Shown piece after piece: positions 24,008 through 37,677 of a stretch of DNA of 64,000 nt (positions are counted from its first letter, which is position 1; each line of letters opens with the position of its first letter). The translations under genes and the position numbers were made by a program. The notes under the pieces are model-generated. The model was not told the origin of the DNA, made no database searches, and saw nothing but the letters and a program-made list of their open reading frames with translations. The DNA is from Mobula hypostoma (Eukaryota), in contig NC_086097.1 in NCBI RefSeq assembly GCF_963921235.1, forward strand, positions 63,118,001 to 63,182,000, written 5' to 3'.

Positions 24008-26019
24008 TATTCATTGTGTTTACGAGACATTTCAACAGGCACTTAAAAAGCTACTATAAAAAGATACAGATCTAATGCAGACAAACAGGACTAGTGTAGC
24101 TGGACGAAAAGAATGAGTGCTGAACTGGGCAGAAGGCTGTGCATCCATATTTTATGACTGTGTCTGTATGACTGGCTCTCCTTACACCAGAAAACAGGCT
24201 AACTTTGAATTTTCTACTCTGCTAATTTGTTTAAATAACCATGATGTTTCAACTAAAAATAACGGTCACAGTGGCATCAACAATGATCCTTACTGAAAGG
24301 CTGATTTAAATTTGAAAATGAACATGCTGAGTGAACATAACAGTGGTTTGCCGCGGTGTTGGTCCCACATCACAAACATATTATCACTTAGGTTCGATAA
24401 TAAGCAGGAAAATGCCATACATAAGATTCATCAGGCCAGGAATGATTATCACATAATGAATATGAAGAGTGGCAAAAGACCTAATGTAAGAACTACATTT
24501 TATATTGTCATTAGAATATCGAGCCTCTTTAAAACAGTTCTCTTCTTTCTAATGAAGTTAATTAAACTAAAATTAAGATGTAAATTAATCAGAAGGTGTG
24601 GAAAGAGGAGATTTAATTGCAAGTGAAATATCTGGCTGTGTGCACAGTAAATTTTGACGGTGGTGATGCCGTTTCATGTCTTAATATTAAACTCTCAAAT
24701 GAAGAAGCACTTTAGCAATTATTATTTAAGCAGCACATTGTTCGATCAATGAATGTTCTAACAATAATCAGGTGTCTGTCTACTTTTGTAATTTCAATAT
24801 GTTTTAGTTTGCTGGATATCCATAAGTACAAATCTAACACCAAGGCAATGCTTTGCCAAGAGTTACAATTATTCCAGTTGATCTAATATCTTGTTAAGTG
24901 TAATTTGATATTTGATACCATAAGCTTTGATAACTGTTAGCTACTTGTGAGCAGAGGCCTACATAATTAACTACATTCCACCGGTGACCAACTGTTGTTA
25001 TAGGGATTGAAATATTAAGAGTCTATGATTTCATTTTAAGCTTTATTTTCATTATTAAGCATGCACACACATACTTTTTCTTAAAGATAAATTAAACATG
25101 CTTTTGGCTCTTGTATGGATTAGATAAACTGATGAGTGATCATTGACCTGAAGTGTTCATTCTTTCTCTGTGCATTGATGCTAACTGAGCTATTGGATAG
25201 GTCAGACGGTTTGTATTCAGGTATTATTGGGATAATGATTTAGTTATTTTTGGTACTAGAACAACTCTAAGACCTAATTCTTCATCCTATACCAACTCTA
25301 CCGAAATAAAATTTGTCATAATTTTGCAGAGATGTAACAAGAGTAACTATTTTGTATTTGACCTAAACATAATGTCATCCATTCTATCCTTTTTAATGAT
25401 AGAATTTTTTTAAAAAACCTTATTATCCTCTATTATTCACTAGTCAAGCTGTGACACCAAATGATTTTGAAATGTTTATAAAATTACACGTTTAGAAACA
25501 GGATAAAGGAGTAATCCTGGTACGGTGGAGCAAATGAAAGAAATGGGAAGATGGACCACTTGAATCAGAGTTTAGGAACTGTAACAGAACATGATGAAAA
25601 AAGGTAGAGTGAAAAAAGATGAATTTTCATGCTCCTGACAGGAAGGAACTATTTCCGTGTGCAAGTTGCAAAAACAATGTATTATTTCCTTATAAATCCA
25701 GAAACCCACGCTCAGTCTGAAGAAGAATTTATATCATGTCAAATTACTTCATGTGATGTAACAGGGTAAAAGCACAAAACTATTTGAATACATAAGCCAG
25801 GTTCAACCCAATGATATTATTTGAGAAGGTACGGAGTCAGGTAATAAACATCATGTTCCTGGCTAGCATCCTGATCTTCAGAAAGCATTTGAGAAATTCC
25901 TTCACAATTGCAACTTGAGCTAAAAACACTGATAAAGGAGAAAGTAAAGCTAATCATTTTAGGCTGGAGTCTCACAGAAGGTAGCCAAGCTGCTGTAATG
26001 CAAGACTTAAAAAGAAAAA

Positions 26020-26665
26020 AATTGCTTGCATTTTTAAAGCATTTTTGTCCATTTTAGGAAGACTATAATTCTTGTCAATGAGGTATTTTTGAAGTTGCTA
26101 AATTGCACATAGCATTTTCCTACTAAGTTTGAAAATGAATAGGCACCCCATTTTTGATTAATTAAGGGATAAAATTGGGGATTCTAAGGACTCTAAATGA
26201 AAAGCATATGGAAATACTCAGCAAGTCAGGTAGCATCTGAGGAAAAAGAACCAATATCAATATTTAAGTTCTATGGCCTCTCAGTATATTAAAGGTGATG
26301 ATTCTGAAATGTTAGCTTTATTTCTCTTTCCACAAATGTTCTTGATCTGCTAATTATTTCTAGCAGTTTCTGTCTTTAATTCTGATTTCCATAATCTGCT
26401 GGAATCTTTTTTTCAGTTCTAAAGGCACTCGTCTGTTCACCTTTAAAAGGGTGACATTGAATCTTACGTGCCTTTTTTTAAAAAAAGCAGATAGGGCTTT
26501 GGTTTCAAGACTCATTCAAAATACAGCACCTGTGACAGTGAAGCATTCCCTTAGGATTACCACTTTTAATCATAGATCGACTCTATGTTATCAAAGATAT
26601 TTTTTGCTTTTGTCACTGGAATGGGGTTTGAAACAAGAAACAGAGTTGAGTCTAAACCAGACGCT
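26020..26665 (-). mobile_element. Ancient Deu-domain/LF-SINE-like SINE remnant, interrupted by a PLE-derived insert (~26200-26415)
   Basis: ttgcatttttaaagca...caatgaggtatttttgaagt and ctcattcaaaatacagcacctgtgacagtgaagcattccc...ctggaatggggtttgaaac resemble the recalled consensus. Confidence 0.45.
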
Positions 26666-29600
26666 TAGTCTACGACCTGGCACAGAGGATATATTTTCTC
26701 AATTTTTATTTCTGTACATGACCATTACATAAAAATCAATACCAGTCCTGAAATTTGGAACTGGCAATAACTAGAAATAATTCAAATGTGATCCTAGATT
26801 CATGAATTGTTTATAGCTGAAGAAATTACAATGTAGTCTTTAACTGAAAAATTATTCATATTACTCAAAAGAAAACAACTCATCACACACCCCATTACAA
26901 TGATGACATAATTCTGTCTTTTTGTGACTCTCCTGTGTGTGAATTGCAATCAGCTTGTGGAATTCTAGTAATCAAGATGTCCATATAAAATTACTCTGTT
27001 CGATTTCAACAGAAGAATTTCTGTAATCATCACTGTAATTTTGTGTCTTTCATAAAATAAATTTGTAAAGTCCATCTGAAGCCATAGCACACAGAAGGGT
27101 ATAGATTTTAACTGTACATTTATTTTTAAACATTGGGAATGACTAAGTACAGAAAAGTCCAAAACGATATATTTCATATTATACATATATCACTGGTAAT
27201 AAAAAAATAACAATGGCTGCCCAGTAATATCTCTAAGTAGTACAAATAATTTTCCAGTTCAAGACTCATGAACAGCCAGCACTATCAAGGTATACCACCG
27301 GGCAAGTCCCCAAACCAGAGAAATGAAAGTCCTGTAGCTCATTGAGTGAAACTAAAATGCCTGCCTCTGCCCCTCAATGATCAGAGATGTTCTCTGGGTT
27401 AAGTTCACCACCAGTCAATGCAAAGGGACATAGAGAATGCCACAGTGTAAAACTGCAAAGAGAGTCCTACAATAAGTGTAGGGCCTTGATTTATACTGAC
27501 AGGCAGAATGAAAGTTAGCCTTACCTCTTCTGGGATAGAAATATTGGCTCCTCATTTCGGCTCTTACCCAAAACCAGCTGTAGGCAAGCCCAGAGCGACC
27601 AAATGAAAGGTACACTAACATTGCCATTTTTAATGACAGGAGACCCCACAAGTAAGGATGCTGGGAATGAAAATTGGGTCCTATCAGAATAAGAAATAGC
27701 CAACAATATAAACAAGTAGAGTCATACATGAAATGCTTTAAGAGGAGAAAGGTGACTTGCTTCTCTCACACAATTTTATTTTAAATGAAAACAGGGTTCT
27801 TCGTAAATATTTATTTAGTAAAACATAATCCGGAAATGTTAAGGCCACTTCAGATTTCAGTAATGAGAAACTCATTGCAGAAAAAGGTAAAACAAAATGA
27901 AAATGCAATTTATCCAGGAAAATTTGATAGCACATCATTAACTTTCAGCCATGAGATACAGCCAGAAATAGAATGCCAGTGCCCACAGGGTAAGACATAT
28001 TTAGAACTGCAGTATGGTAAAATAAGATGAGCACAGGAGTCCTGTAAAAGATATTCAATTGATTTGAACATGTACAATCTGAGCTGGAAACGTAATTTGC
28101 ATTTTTTCTAGAAATATTTATCTAAACAGTAAAGTGTTTTTAATTGCAAAGGTTAATGTGAAAGTAAATAATAATGCAATTTCACTTGTAGATAGGTTGT
28201 ATTCTCTGATAAATTTTCACCTCATCTTGTCATCTCCTCCTCAGGCAGAGATGGCTCCGGCAGATCAATTAAAGGATCATTATTCATGGGGATTCTCAAC
28301 AACGATTGTTGACAATCTATTCTCCAGCAATCAATTTAGAACATTTCTGAAGTTTTTAATCATGATTATGTTATGAGAGCTATAGCTGGCTGTGGTTCTC
28401 AGAACACTATCATGATAAAACAGCGCATTTCTATCCCCCATAAGGCATTGGTTCACGTCACGGGTTCTCTAAATGAAACCAGGGCAACTCAATTTTGAAA
28501 AATGGATGTATCATGTTTTTTGTAATTAATACGTTATTCATTCAGGGATTGAAATCACCCCTTTGATGGCAAATGAGAGAATTTTCTGTGGGATGCCACA
28601 GATTAAATACACTCTGCCCATCAGCCAATGAAATTGTAACCGCATACTGATGTATCTTCAGAAAAACCTAGGGAACTTATTAACTAACTGGAAAACGTGC
28701 AGTCATTGCTCTTAAACTGATCTCAGCATTCTTATTTAGATAAAAAGCTCCTTAAACATATTTCTTTTCAACTGTAAAATAGATTGCTCATTCAGCTCTT
28801 TCACCAGATTTGCAGTCTCATGTTTCACTCTTTCACTGCACAATGCAAGAAAGGGGGTTTGGATGCCTCAATCCCTTCCTCACAGGAAGCTATCATAATT
28901 CACTTTTATTTATTAACTTTAAAATTAAAAAATGATTTATGTTGAGAAAGTTAGGGGGCATATGCTCCAGAAGTGATGATAGTAGCAACTCAACAATAGA
29001 AAGTTGCACAAAAATATAAGTTTAAGATTTTTGTTTAATTCATGAGGAAAATTAATATTGGATATATATACTGAAAGGAGATGCAAGGAATTCCCTTGGG
29101 AAGGTTTTACATCAGTATTTGTTCAAAGAGCTTAGGAGTTTACAAAGGGTGTGATGGAATTAGAGTACATGGAAGACGGGGAGGTTTACAATGGTACAGA
29201 CAGTAAACGAAAACAGTGGTCTTAAGTTCAATTAATTAATTTTGGAAGGAGATGGTTCAGTATCAGTGAGGATGAGAAGAAGAGGCAAACAAGAATAATA
29301 TTGGAAAAGGACCTGGGTGGAAGAGATTTGGAAGATTGATGGTTGACATTTCTATGGATTTTCTCCAGAAGACAGACTATAGGTCTTCCTGAGAAACAGC
29401 AAAAACGACTTAAAACAAAGAACGGTGCTTTCATCAGGGATTCTGTTAACCTCACTTTAAGCAAGTTCAAATTCATAAAAGTCATACCTTTTACACTTTA
29501 AATGAGATTAGGAAGGCAGGAATGGAAGAATGAAATTTAGAAGAGATAAATGTGCAATGGATGTGTTTGACATTTCTCATTGCCTCAAATAAAGCACCAA

Positions 29601-30559
29601 ATAATTAAGGTGGTGTTAGAACTAATGATACAAAAACATGGCTTGGTTCCTTTGATGTTTATCTAGAGTAAATACAAGCTCATGTAAGACAATTTTGTAG
29701 TCTGGCAAAGGCAACACAAATCCTTTATCAAATCTGCGCATAATTGTCACTATATAGGAATGGGCAAATAGAATTAGATGTAAATATGAAGGCAGTATAT
29801 TCATGTCCTTGGTAATAATCCAAAAAGCCCAGCAAAGTTACAGTTGGTGGGATGAGCCTTCAATCACTAGGACCAGAAAAGAAACTAAAACTTCACCACA
29901 CCAACCTCAGATGTTGAAGTTCAAAGTACATTTTATTATCGAGGTACTTATATCTCATCATATACAACCCTGAGATTCCCATTCATTAAGAAAATGGCAA
30001 TACCCGAGTTTTGGAAAAATTACGCTGTGAGTATTAAATAAGTGACTTTGCATTTGACAATTAGTTACCTTAAATCATTGTGTGCCTTGGGTGATTTAGT
30101 TTCTACCAACTTTTCCGCTGGGAATTTTGGTCATACGTTTTAAAAGTCTTTCTTGCAGCTGTTGAGTCCAGCTCCCAGTGCAACCCCCAAGTTACTTACT
30201 TATTCCTTGTCCCTTGATGCTACTCTCCTTCAGACTCCCCAGTGACTCTGTCCTAACCAATCATAACCGGCAACATGTAATACTCAATAATGTCTTGATG
30301 CAGCTTTAAGACATTGTGCACCCATCAGCTGAATCCTAAACCCTTATTCTGACTACCATCTCTTCATAGAAACCAGTATCAGTGAGAGGAAAGCCTACTA
30401 TAGTTAGTCCAGGCCTTTGTACTTTCAACCACCTGAGGAATAACCATAGTAGGCTTTTCTCTTACTGAAAATGATTGTAAAACATGCCAGGGTGGAGAAA
30501 GAGCAAGATCATATGGTGAAACTACAACCATATATCTAGCTGGGAAAAGCATATTCCTA

Positions 30560-30850
30560 CTATTTACCCTATCATATCTTGAAGGAATCTTTGCATGTTT
30601 CTAAACTCTATTGTGTATAGATCCAGTCTACTTCATCTCTCCTCATAGGAGAAGCACTCCATCCCAAGAATAAATCTGGTGAACCCATGATGTACTTTTT
30701 CTATTGCAAGTGTATAGATCTTTAGCTAATGAATCTAAACCTGTACATAATATTCCAGGTACAGCATCCTGGGCCTTATGTAACCACTGTAAAATATCTC
30801 TACTTTTGAACTCAAATCCTCTCTGAACATCTCACTTGCCTTCATAGTCA
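30560..30850 (-). mobile_element. Old CR1 fragment
   Basis: ctaaacctgtacataatattccagg is the decayed reverse complement of the LEYCVQF coding motif. Confidence 0.45.
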
Positions 30851-30854
30851 TAAC

Positions 30855-31040
30855 TGAAGTACAGCATCCACACTGGACTTCGAGGCAAGTGGTCTCAGGT
30901 TCAAATCTGGCCAACTCCTTGCAAGCTTTCTATCTGTGCCAGGTTGGGCATCCAGCTAGAAACTCAGCTTCATAAAAAAAACAGACAAAGATGCTAAAGA
31001 AACAGCAAGGTTGCTCCCAATGTGCCACAAGGCACGGAGG
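30855..31040 (+). mobile_element. Short tRNA-derived SINE
   Basis: ggacttcgaggcaagtggtctcaggttcaaatctggcc; homologous to 56560-56752. Confidence 0.7.
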
Positions 31041-31044
31041 CTAT

Positions 31045-31710
31045 TCATTAGCCTGACAGCCTGGAGGAAGAAGTTGTTACTGTGTCTTGCAGTCCTAGTC
31101 CTGATTCTCCTGCCTGTCCCTCCTGGTTGTAGTGGGTCAAAGAGATTGCAGTAGGGATCCTCAACAGTGCTTCAGGCTCATTGTGTACAATGCTCCTTGT
31201 AAATGTCACAAATGGTGGGGGAGGAGAGTGGGGGTTGGTGAGGAAGACCCGGTGATCCTCTCAGCAGTTTTTACTATGCTCTGTAGGATCTTGTGTTCTG
31301 TCGCCTCACAGCTACTGTACCACATAATGATGCAGCCAGACAGGATACTCTTGGTGGTGGTCCTGTAGAAAGAAAGGAGCTAGAATGACGGCAAGGAGCC
31401 TTGCATGCATCATTCTCCTCAGAAAGTGCAGAAATTTCTGTGCCCTCTTGACTAATGAGGTGGTGTTATAGGTTCAGGTTAGAACATCCATTATGTGCAC
31501 TCCAAAGAACTTTGTGCTCTTCACTCTCTCTATTGCAAAGTCATTGATCTGCAATGGAGAGTGGTTGACCTGCACCTTCTTGATCATCTCTATTGTCTTG
31601 TCCATATTAAGACTGAGGTTGTTGTTCTCACTCCATTTGAAAAGCCTCTCCCTTCTCTCTGTATGCTGTCTCAAATAATACTGTTGATGAGACCAACCGC
31701 TGCTGGACAA
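31045..31710 (-). mobile_element. Rex1/Babar-type LINE fragment
   Basis: ORF 31474..31731(-) KWSENNNLSLNMDKTIEM...ERVKSTKFFGVHI. Confidence 0.75.
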
Positions 31711-31711
31711 C

Positions 31712-32040
31712 ACAGTGCCATAGCAGTTCATGCAAACACTTCATTGCATCACCATTCACTGATCAGAGTCTGATTCCCACCACTGTCTGCAAGGACTTTG
31801 TACATTCTCCAGCGACTTTCCTCCAGGTGCTCCAGTTTCCTCCACGTTCCCAAGATATACTGTTAGGGTCAAGATTAGTGAGTTGTGGGCATGCTATGTT
31901 GGTGCTGGAAGCATGACAACATATGCGGGCTGCCCCCAGCACAATCCTCAGACAGACTACATTGGCTGTTGAAGCAAATCACATATTTCACGGTATGTTT
32001 AATATTCTAATGTACATGTGACAAATAAAGCTAATCTTTA
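31712..32040 (+). mobile_element. V-SINE
   Basis: V core and gtgacaaataaagctaat tail, as at 15210-15458. Confidence 0.7.
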
Positions 32041-32480
32041 ATGCTAGAAAACTGGGTCTGTACTTTAACCTGCTGAGTTGACCAGTATTTTCATATCTCA
32101 ACCAGTTTAATCCAGATACATGGTGATAAAGCTTTTTTTAATACTTTACAGCATTGCTGTTGTGACCTTAATGTATTTTTCAATATCACTGGAATGGGCA
32201 ATATAACTTAAACAACTGTGAGATTATGAAAGATTACATTCCTATTGAATCTACTGCAGAAATATTTAAGTATTACATAGAAGGATTACTTCCAGTAATT
32301 TCTGCGGAAGTTAGCAAAACTTAACAGAATTCAACATGAATTTTTAAATACATTAGCAGAGACAGATTCTTGGACAGTAAATGAAGACATCCTGGTCAAT
32401 ATAGAAATATAGAAAACCTACAGCACAATACAGGCCCTTCAGCCCACAATGGTATGTCAAACGTGTACTTAATTTACTTA

Positions 32481-33083
32481 ATTGCAATTGTACAAGGCCT
32501 TGGTGAGACCACACCTGGAGTATTGTGTGCAGTTTTGGTCCCCTAATCTGAGGAAAGACATCCTTGCCATAGAGGGAGTACAAAGAAGGTTCGCCAGATT
32601 GATTCCTGGGATGGCAGGACTTTCATATGAAGAAAGACTGGATGAACTGGGCTTGTACTTGTTGGAATTTAGAAGATTGAGGGGGGATCTGATTTATAAA
32701 ATCCTAAAGGGATTGGACAGGCTAGATGCAGGAAGATTGTTTCCGATGTTGGGGAAGTCCAGAACAAGGGGTCACAGTTTGAGGATAAAGGGGAAGCCTT
32801 TTAGGACCGAGATTAGGAAAAACTTCTTCACACAGAGAGTGGTGAATCTGTGGAATTCTCTGCCACAGGAAACTGTTGAGGCCAGTTCATTGGCTATATT
32901 TAAGAGGGAGTTAGATATGGCCCTTGTGGCTACGGGGGTCAGGGGGTATGGAGGGAAGGCTGGGGCGGGGTTCTGAGTTGAATGATCAGCCATGATCATA
33001 ATAAATGGCGGTGCAGGCTCGAAGGGCCGAATGGCCTACTCCTGCACCTATTTTCTATGTTTCTATGTTTCTATGTTTCTATG
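32481..33083 (+). mobile_element. Young 5'-truncated CR1 copy, same subfamily as 39890-43050
   Basis: ORF 32482..32976 is nearly identical to the C-terminus of 41494..42951; (TTCTATGT)n tail; TTAATTTA at 32469-32476 and 33084-33091. Confidence 0.95.
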
Positions 33084-33274
33084 TTAATTTAGAAATTACC
33101 TAGGGTTACTCATAGACCTTGGTAATATTGAATTACTCATCTCCCAAAAGTCTAAGGAACAAGGTATAAATTGTTGGGATGACAGAAGTGAAAGTGATTA
33201 TGAAAATGAATTTGCAAAGTGCTTTAAAGAAGAAGTAGGGGAATTATAAACCAGTTCGTTTTACATATATGGTA

Positions 33275-33845
33275 ACACCAATGCCCTGAAACAGAGTATC
33301 CTACAAAAAGTACTGGTTACGGCCCAGTCCATCATGGGTGAAGCCCTCCCACCATGGAGCACATCTACATGATATAGCATTCATCATTGTGGACACCATC
33401 CCACCTCCCACACCACCCTGATCATGCTCTCTTCTTGCTGCTGCCATCAGGAAAAGGTACAGGAGCCTTGGGACTCACACCACCCTGGTCCTGGAACAGA
33501 TATTACCTCTCGACCATCAGGCTCTTGAATGAAAGGGGATAACTTCACTCAACTTCACTTGCCGCATCATTAAAATGTTCCCACAACCTATGGAAACTCA
33601 CTTTAAGTGACTTTTCATCACAGGTTCTCAATATTTATCGCTTATTTATGTATGATTATTATTATTTCTTTCTTTTTGTATTTGCACAGGTTGTTGTCTT
33701 CTGCACTCTGTTTGAACGCCCAAGTTGGTGCAATCTTTCATTGATTCTGTTATGGTTATTATTCTGTTCTGCCCACAGAAAACAAATCTCAGGGTTGCAT
33801 ATGGTGACATATATATATACTTTGAAAACAAATTTACTTTGAACT
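33275..33845 (+). mobile_element. Rex1/Babar-type LINE 3' end
   Basis: ALFLLLPSG..YRSL coding remnant plus a 3' UTR ending aaatttactttgaacttt. Confidence 0.75.
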
Positions 33846-35574
33846 TTGGTATCAGTCAATCAAATACCTTTGTTCCCTCAGAATGTTATCCTGTTTACTT
33901 TCTCATCTCCACTTCCTAGTTTTTTTTTGTGGTCTGCTTCTACACAAGTTTGCCATTTAGTTTAGCTGTATTCTTTCTCTGTATTGCTATCCCCTTGCTG
34001 TTGAGTGCAAGGGAAGTAAGAAGAACATGAAAAGGGAATGGAGCTCATGGCCAGAAGTATAGGGATTGCAAAGTTCTGTGCTTCAGTGATCTTCTAAGCT
34101 GCATGTTGGTTTCAGCTATTGGTAACAAAAAAAGCAGTACATCTTGGGTCTCCTTACCTCCTGCCTCTCTTAATGGTAGCTGAGGAGCCTGAAGATATAG
34201 AAACACTAAAGATATGAGTTTTCATGAACTTCATGAGGACACAAACACTCTCACGGGTCCTTTCCCAACTGTCGAAGCAATGTCAAACCCAGTTATTGTC
34301 CTTGTTTTTTTTTACATGTGCTGTTTGATACCAGGTCTTGGAAGACACTTCCCAAGTGGTCAGCCAGTCTTTGGAATTTCATGCTATTGTTTGCTTGAGG
34401 AGTGTATGGTGCTAGCTGGTTGCTTCAGGTCAGATTCTGCTGTAGTAGTCAGCTAGGTACCAAACCTATCCAGGTATTACAGCATTTCTTTCTAGATCCT
34501 GCTGGGATGTTCTACCACAAGAATTTTCTTTTATGACCACTTTCAGTTTTCCTCGTTACTCCTGGCTTTGTCACCCCTGACAGATGGGACTCTCACTATC
34601 CCCTAGCTGCCTTACTTAAATTACCTACAGTAAGTTCCATTTTTTCTGCTTAGTCAAGTCTCCCCTACTTCCACTGGGTCCAAAAGCTGTGTTGTACTTA
34701 GTTGACCTAATACTAATCTAAACTAATATACCAAAGGTTTCAATGGTACATTTAATGGCAGGGAAATACATACAATATACATCCTGAAATGCTTTTTCTT
34801 CGCAACCATCCACGAAAACAGGGGAGTGCCTCCAAAGAATGAATGACAGCTAAATGCTAGAACCCCAAAGCCCCCCAACTCCCCTCCCTCGCTCGCGTAA
34901 GCAGCAGCAAAGCAACAATCCTCCCTCCCCCATTAGCAAACAAATGCATCGGCACCCACCACCAAGCACTCCAGCACTCATATGAGGAGGGATACTAACT
35001 TTACTCTCCCCTTTGATGTCAAAACACCTAAACATTTAGATACTCAAAGCTGATTCTTGATATGCACATTCAATATGTAAAATATGAAACAAAGTTTATC
35101 CCTGCTGAATTATATTGAGGTTGGAACACATCAAAATTCTGAGTGAGAATCAAGTTTATTATCACTAACCTACACTGTGAAAGTTGTTGTTTTGCAGCAG
35201 CACAACAAAGCAAGTCATGAAAATTACAATAAGCTACAAAAATAAATAAAGAGTGCAAGTAATAAAGGAGTAGAGGCAATTGCATAGTCCAGCAAGGTAC
35301 CATTGCCATGACTGGACAACTATGGAAGCAGTGGGATGTTGCTGTATATACACCAATGCAGTGCATCAAGTTGCTTTTTATTCAACAGAGGCACCCACCA
35401 CTGCGTGCATTTCAGGCCATAAGATATTTGTTCTGTGCCTTTCTAAAACAATTTACAATGAGTGAATTACCTGCAAGAGAGAAAGGACTGTGCAAATCCA
35501 GTAAGCAGAGTAAAGTCACTGAGATAAAGATGTTTATACGGAGAAAACCTAAAAATTATGGAACTTGATAAGCT

Positions 35575-35695
35575 AAAAATTGCAGAAGCTGGAAATGAAA
35601 AATAAAACTGAAAAATGCTGGAAACACACAATAGATCAGGTGGGATCTGTTGGGAGAGAGTTAATGTTTCAGTTCAATAACCTTTCATCAGAGCT
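35575..35695 (-). mobile_element. PLE terminal fragment with a hammerhead-like core
   Basis: Minus strand agctCTGATGAaaggttattgaactGAAAcattaact at 35695-35659. Confidence 0.6.
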
Positions 35696-36529
35696 ATGGA
35701 AATCTTGGACTGGATTTTGTTTACTAGGCCAGAGTCAAAAGAATAATGCCAAATGAAACAATTGTTATTCAGTAAAATCAATTTAATAAAATATACAGCA
35801 TTGGTCTTGTAATTGCCTTTTGAAGATTGAATTGGATTCTTTTTGCAAAGATATGGGAAAATAAAGTGGAAAAAATCAATACTATAATTGCACTGCAACT
35901 GTGTAATTCCTTATTGATCCAACTGATCATTGAAGAAACTTCAATGGAAATAAAAATAATAGTAACAATAACTAATGCCTCAAAAATCAAGGCAAAAGAC
36001 ACAAAGTACATTATCACAAAGGGTCGTACTTTTTGTTTCAATGATACTGTTTACTAATCTCCCTTTGTTAGCCCTTTTTCATATGTAGTCTATGCTCTGG
36101 CTTTCTGGTACAAATAAAATCTTGAATTATGATCCCCAAGTATGGTGTTCATAATCTGTACACTCCTACACATTCTCTGAAACTACAGATGATTTTCACC
36201 GCCTAGGAAAGTAATAATTCAGTCTGGGGTAAAATAAGAAATAATGATTTACCAGAGAACATTATTCCTGTCATTAAGTGTACAAGGTCTTCCAAACCAA
36301 TTGGATAATATACTGGAAACTTTTGGTGACAATAGTTATAGTGGCATGTGATGGGGTAGATTTCTAGGATAGTTAGGAATGTCTCCAACAAAATTCCAAA
36401 CTGCTAAGTTCTTATAGGTACACTAGATGCTTAGAACTCTAGGACAAAATTATTTCTGAGTGTGGCTATATCAGTCCAGGAATCTTGACACTGAGAGGAA
36501 CAAGAGAAACAGATGCAGCTTTAGGTTAT

Positions 36530-36790
36530 AACACACAGGAGCAGAATTAGGGCATTTTGGCCCCATCAGATCTGCTCCACCATTCAATCATGGCTAAGCT
36601 ATTTTCCCTCTCAATGCCATTCTCCTGCCTTTTTCACCTAATCTTTGATATCCTTACCAAAAGGTCCTTCCAGGTAAGGCAATACCTTACCTGCAAGTCT
36701 GTTTGCGTTATCTTCTGTACCTGGTTCTCCCAGTGAGGCCTCGAACAGATCTTCACCTGGAAATAGATTAAACTGAAAGAAGTCTTCTCG
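36530..36790. mobile_element. CR1 3' tail (minus, ~36530-36660) abutting a Penelope GIY-YIG fragment (plus, ~36662-36790)
   Basis: ggagcagaattagggcatttt...; then SFQVRQYLTCKSVCVIFCTWFSQ, homologous to SFQVRQHFTCESAGVIYCVRCSR. Confidence 0.6.
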
Positions 36791-36851
36791 TATGGTAAAG
36801 ACTCTCCCAAAGACATTCGTAGTACCCTGGTGAAAATTTTTACTGCTATGC

Positions 36852-37614
36852 TGTAGGAATTTAATTTTAGCAGCTCTGTAAGACCAGTCTGCCCTGCTTT
36901 CAGCCTGTTTAGGTTTGACCGAAAAGAAAGGCTTTGATATTCAATGTGGGAAGGTGGTGTCAGCCAATCAGGATGATGGGATTAGAAGGTTCTAGAGAAC
37001 GCTGGCAGAGAGGTTTTTGTGACAGACACCGGTCTGGGTCGAGGTCTTTTTGGCGGCAGCTGGAAGAAGACAGGAGGGAAAATAGCTGAGGATGCAGATG
37101 AATGGCTTCAAGGAGGAAAAACCAATACTCCTGTGGGAGACCCGTTTCTTAGAGATGGATTTCGAACGGCATTCAGAAAGTGGTGTGCGTTTTCACGCAG
37201 ACCGAGAGTCCAACACTGAAGTGGCAGACAACTTCATGGTCAGCTCCAACTTGTATGCACATTTGACTGTTTAATTATAATGGGCCCTTTTTGTTTTATC
37301 TTTTCTTTGATAACTCTTTGGTTATATTAATGTTCATAAATATACTTCCTTTATAATTGCAGACAGCATTACGACCTGTTATTTCTTACCAACGGGTGAT
37401 TGCAGTGGGGGGCACTAAATCACACAGAATTCACACAAGCTGGGATTTGGGTGGGTGAAACATCCTAAACTCACGGGTTTGATGGGACCAATGTCTACTA
37501 CACCTTAGATGTATGGAGCCCGAGGAAGGTGGATTTCTCGCGTGGAGTCTAGTGGCTGTTAGCAAAGGGCTAATGAGTTGCATTTCCAGAGATGCCCAGT
37601 AAAAAGGGGTTTCA
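36852..37614 (+). mobile_element. Probable solo LTR (~760 bp)
   Basis: TGT start (36852 or 36877) and ggggtttCA end; CCAAT box at ~36964; CpG-richer than its flanks; no TSD found. Confidence 0.4.
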
Positions 37615-37677
37615 TGTTTATAGACTAAGGATAACTGATTTGCATTTGTGGAAGGTGCACCACATAAAGATATTGTA

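Larger units (their letters stand above)
22890..24170 (+). mobile_element. Very old CR1 LINE remnant split by a V-SINE (23065-23310, minus) and the mini-MITE composite
   Basis: Fragments cagcattgttttgtacagggaaaatcc, ttttccctggaatgaaggaggctgag, tggaacttgctgccagag and a CR1-like 3' UTR at 24030-24170. Confidence 0.55.

Noticed and set aside
27949..28310. Two possible plus-strand exons (HEIQPEIECQCPQG; RDGSGRSIKGSLFMGILNNDC-stop)
   Set aside because: Plausible splice dinucleotides, but short unrecognised peptides that cannot be told apart from chance without transcript data
35778..36041. Hydrophobic 87-aa ORF resembling a membrane protein
   Set aside because: Expected from T-rich sequence; no family motif or convincing splice context
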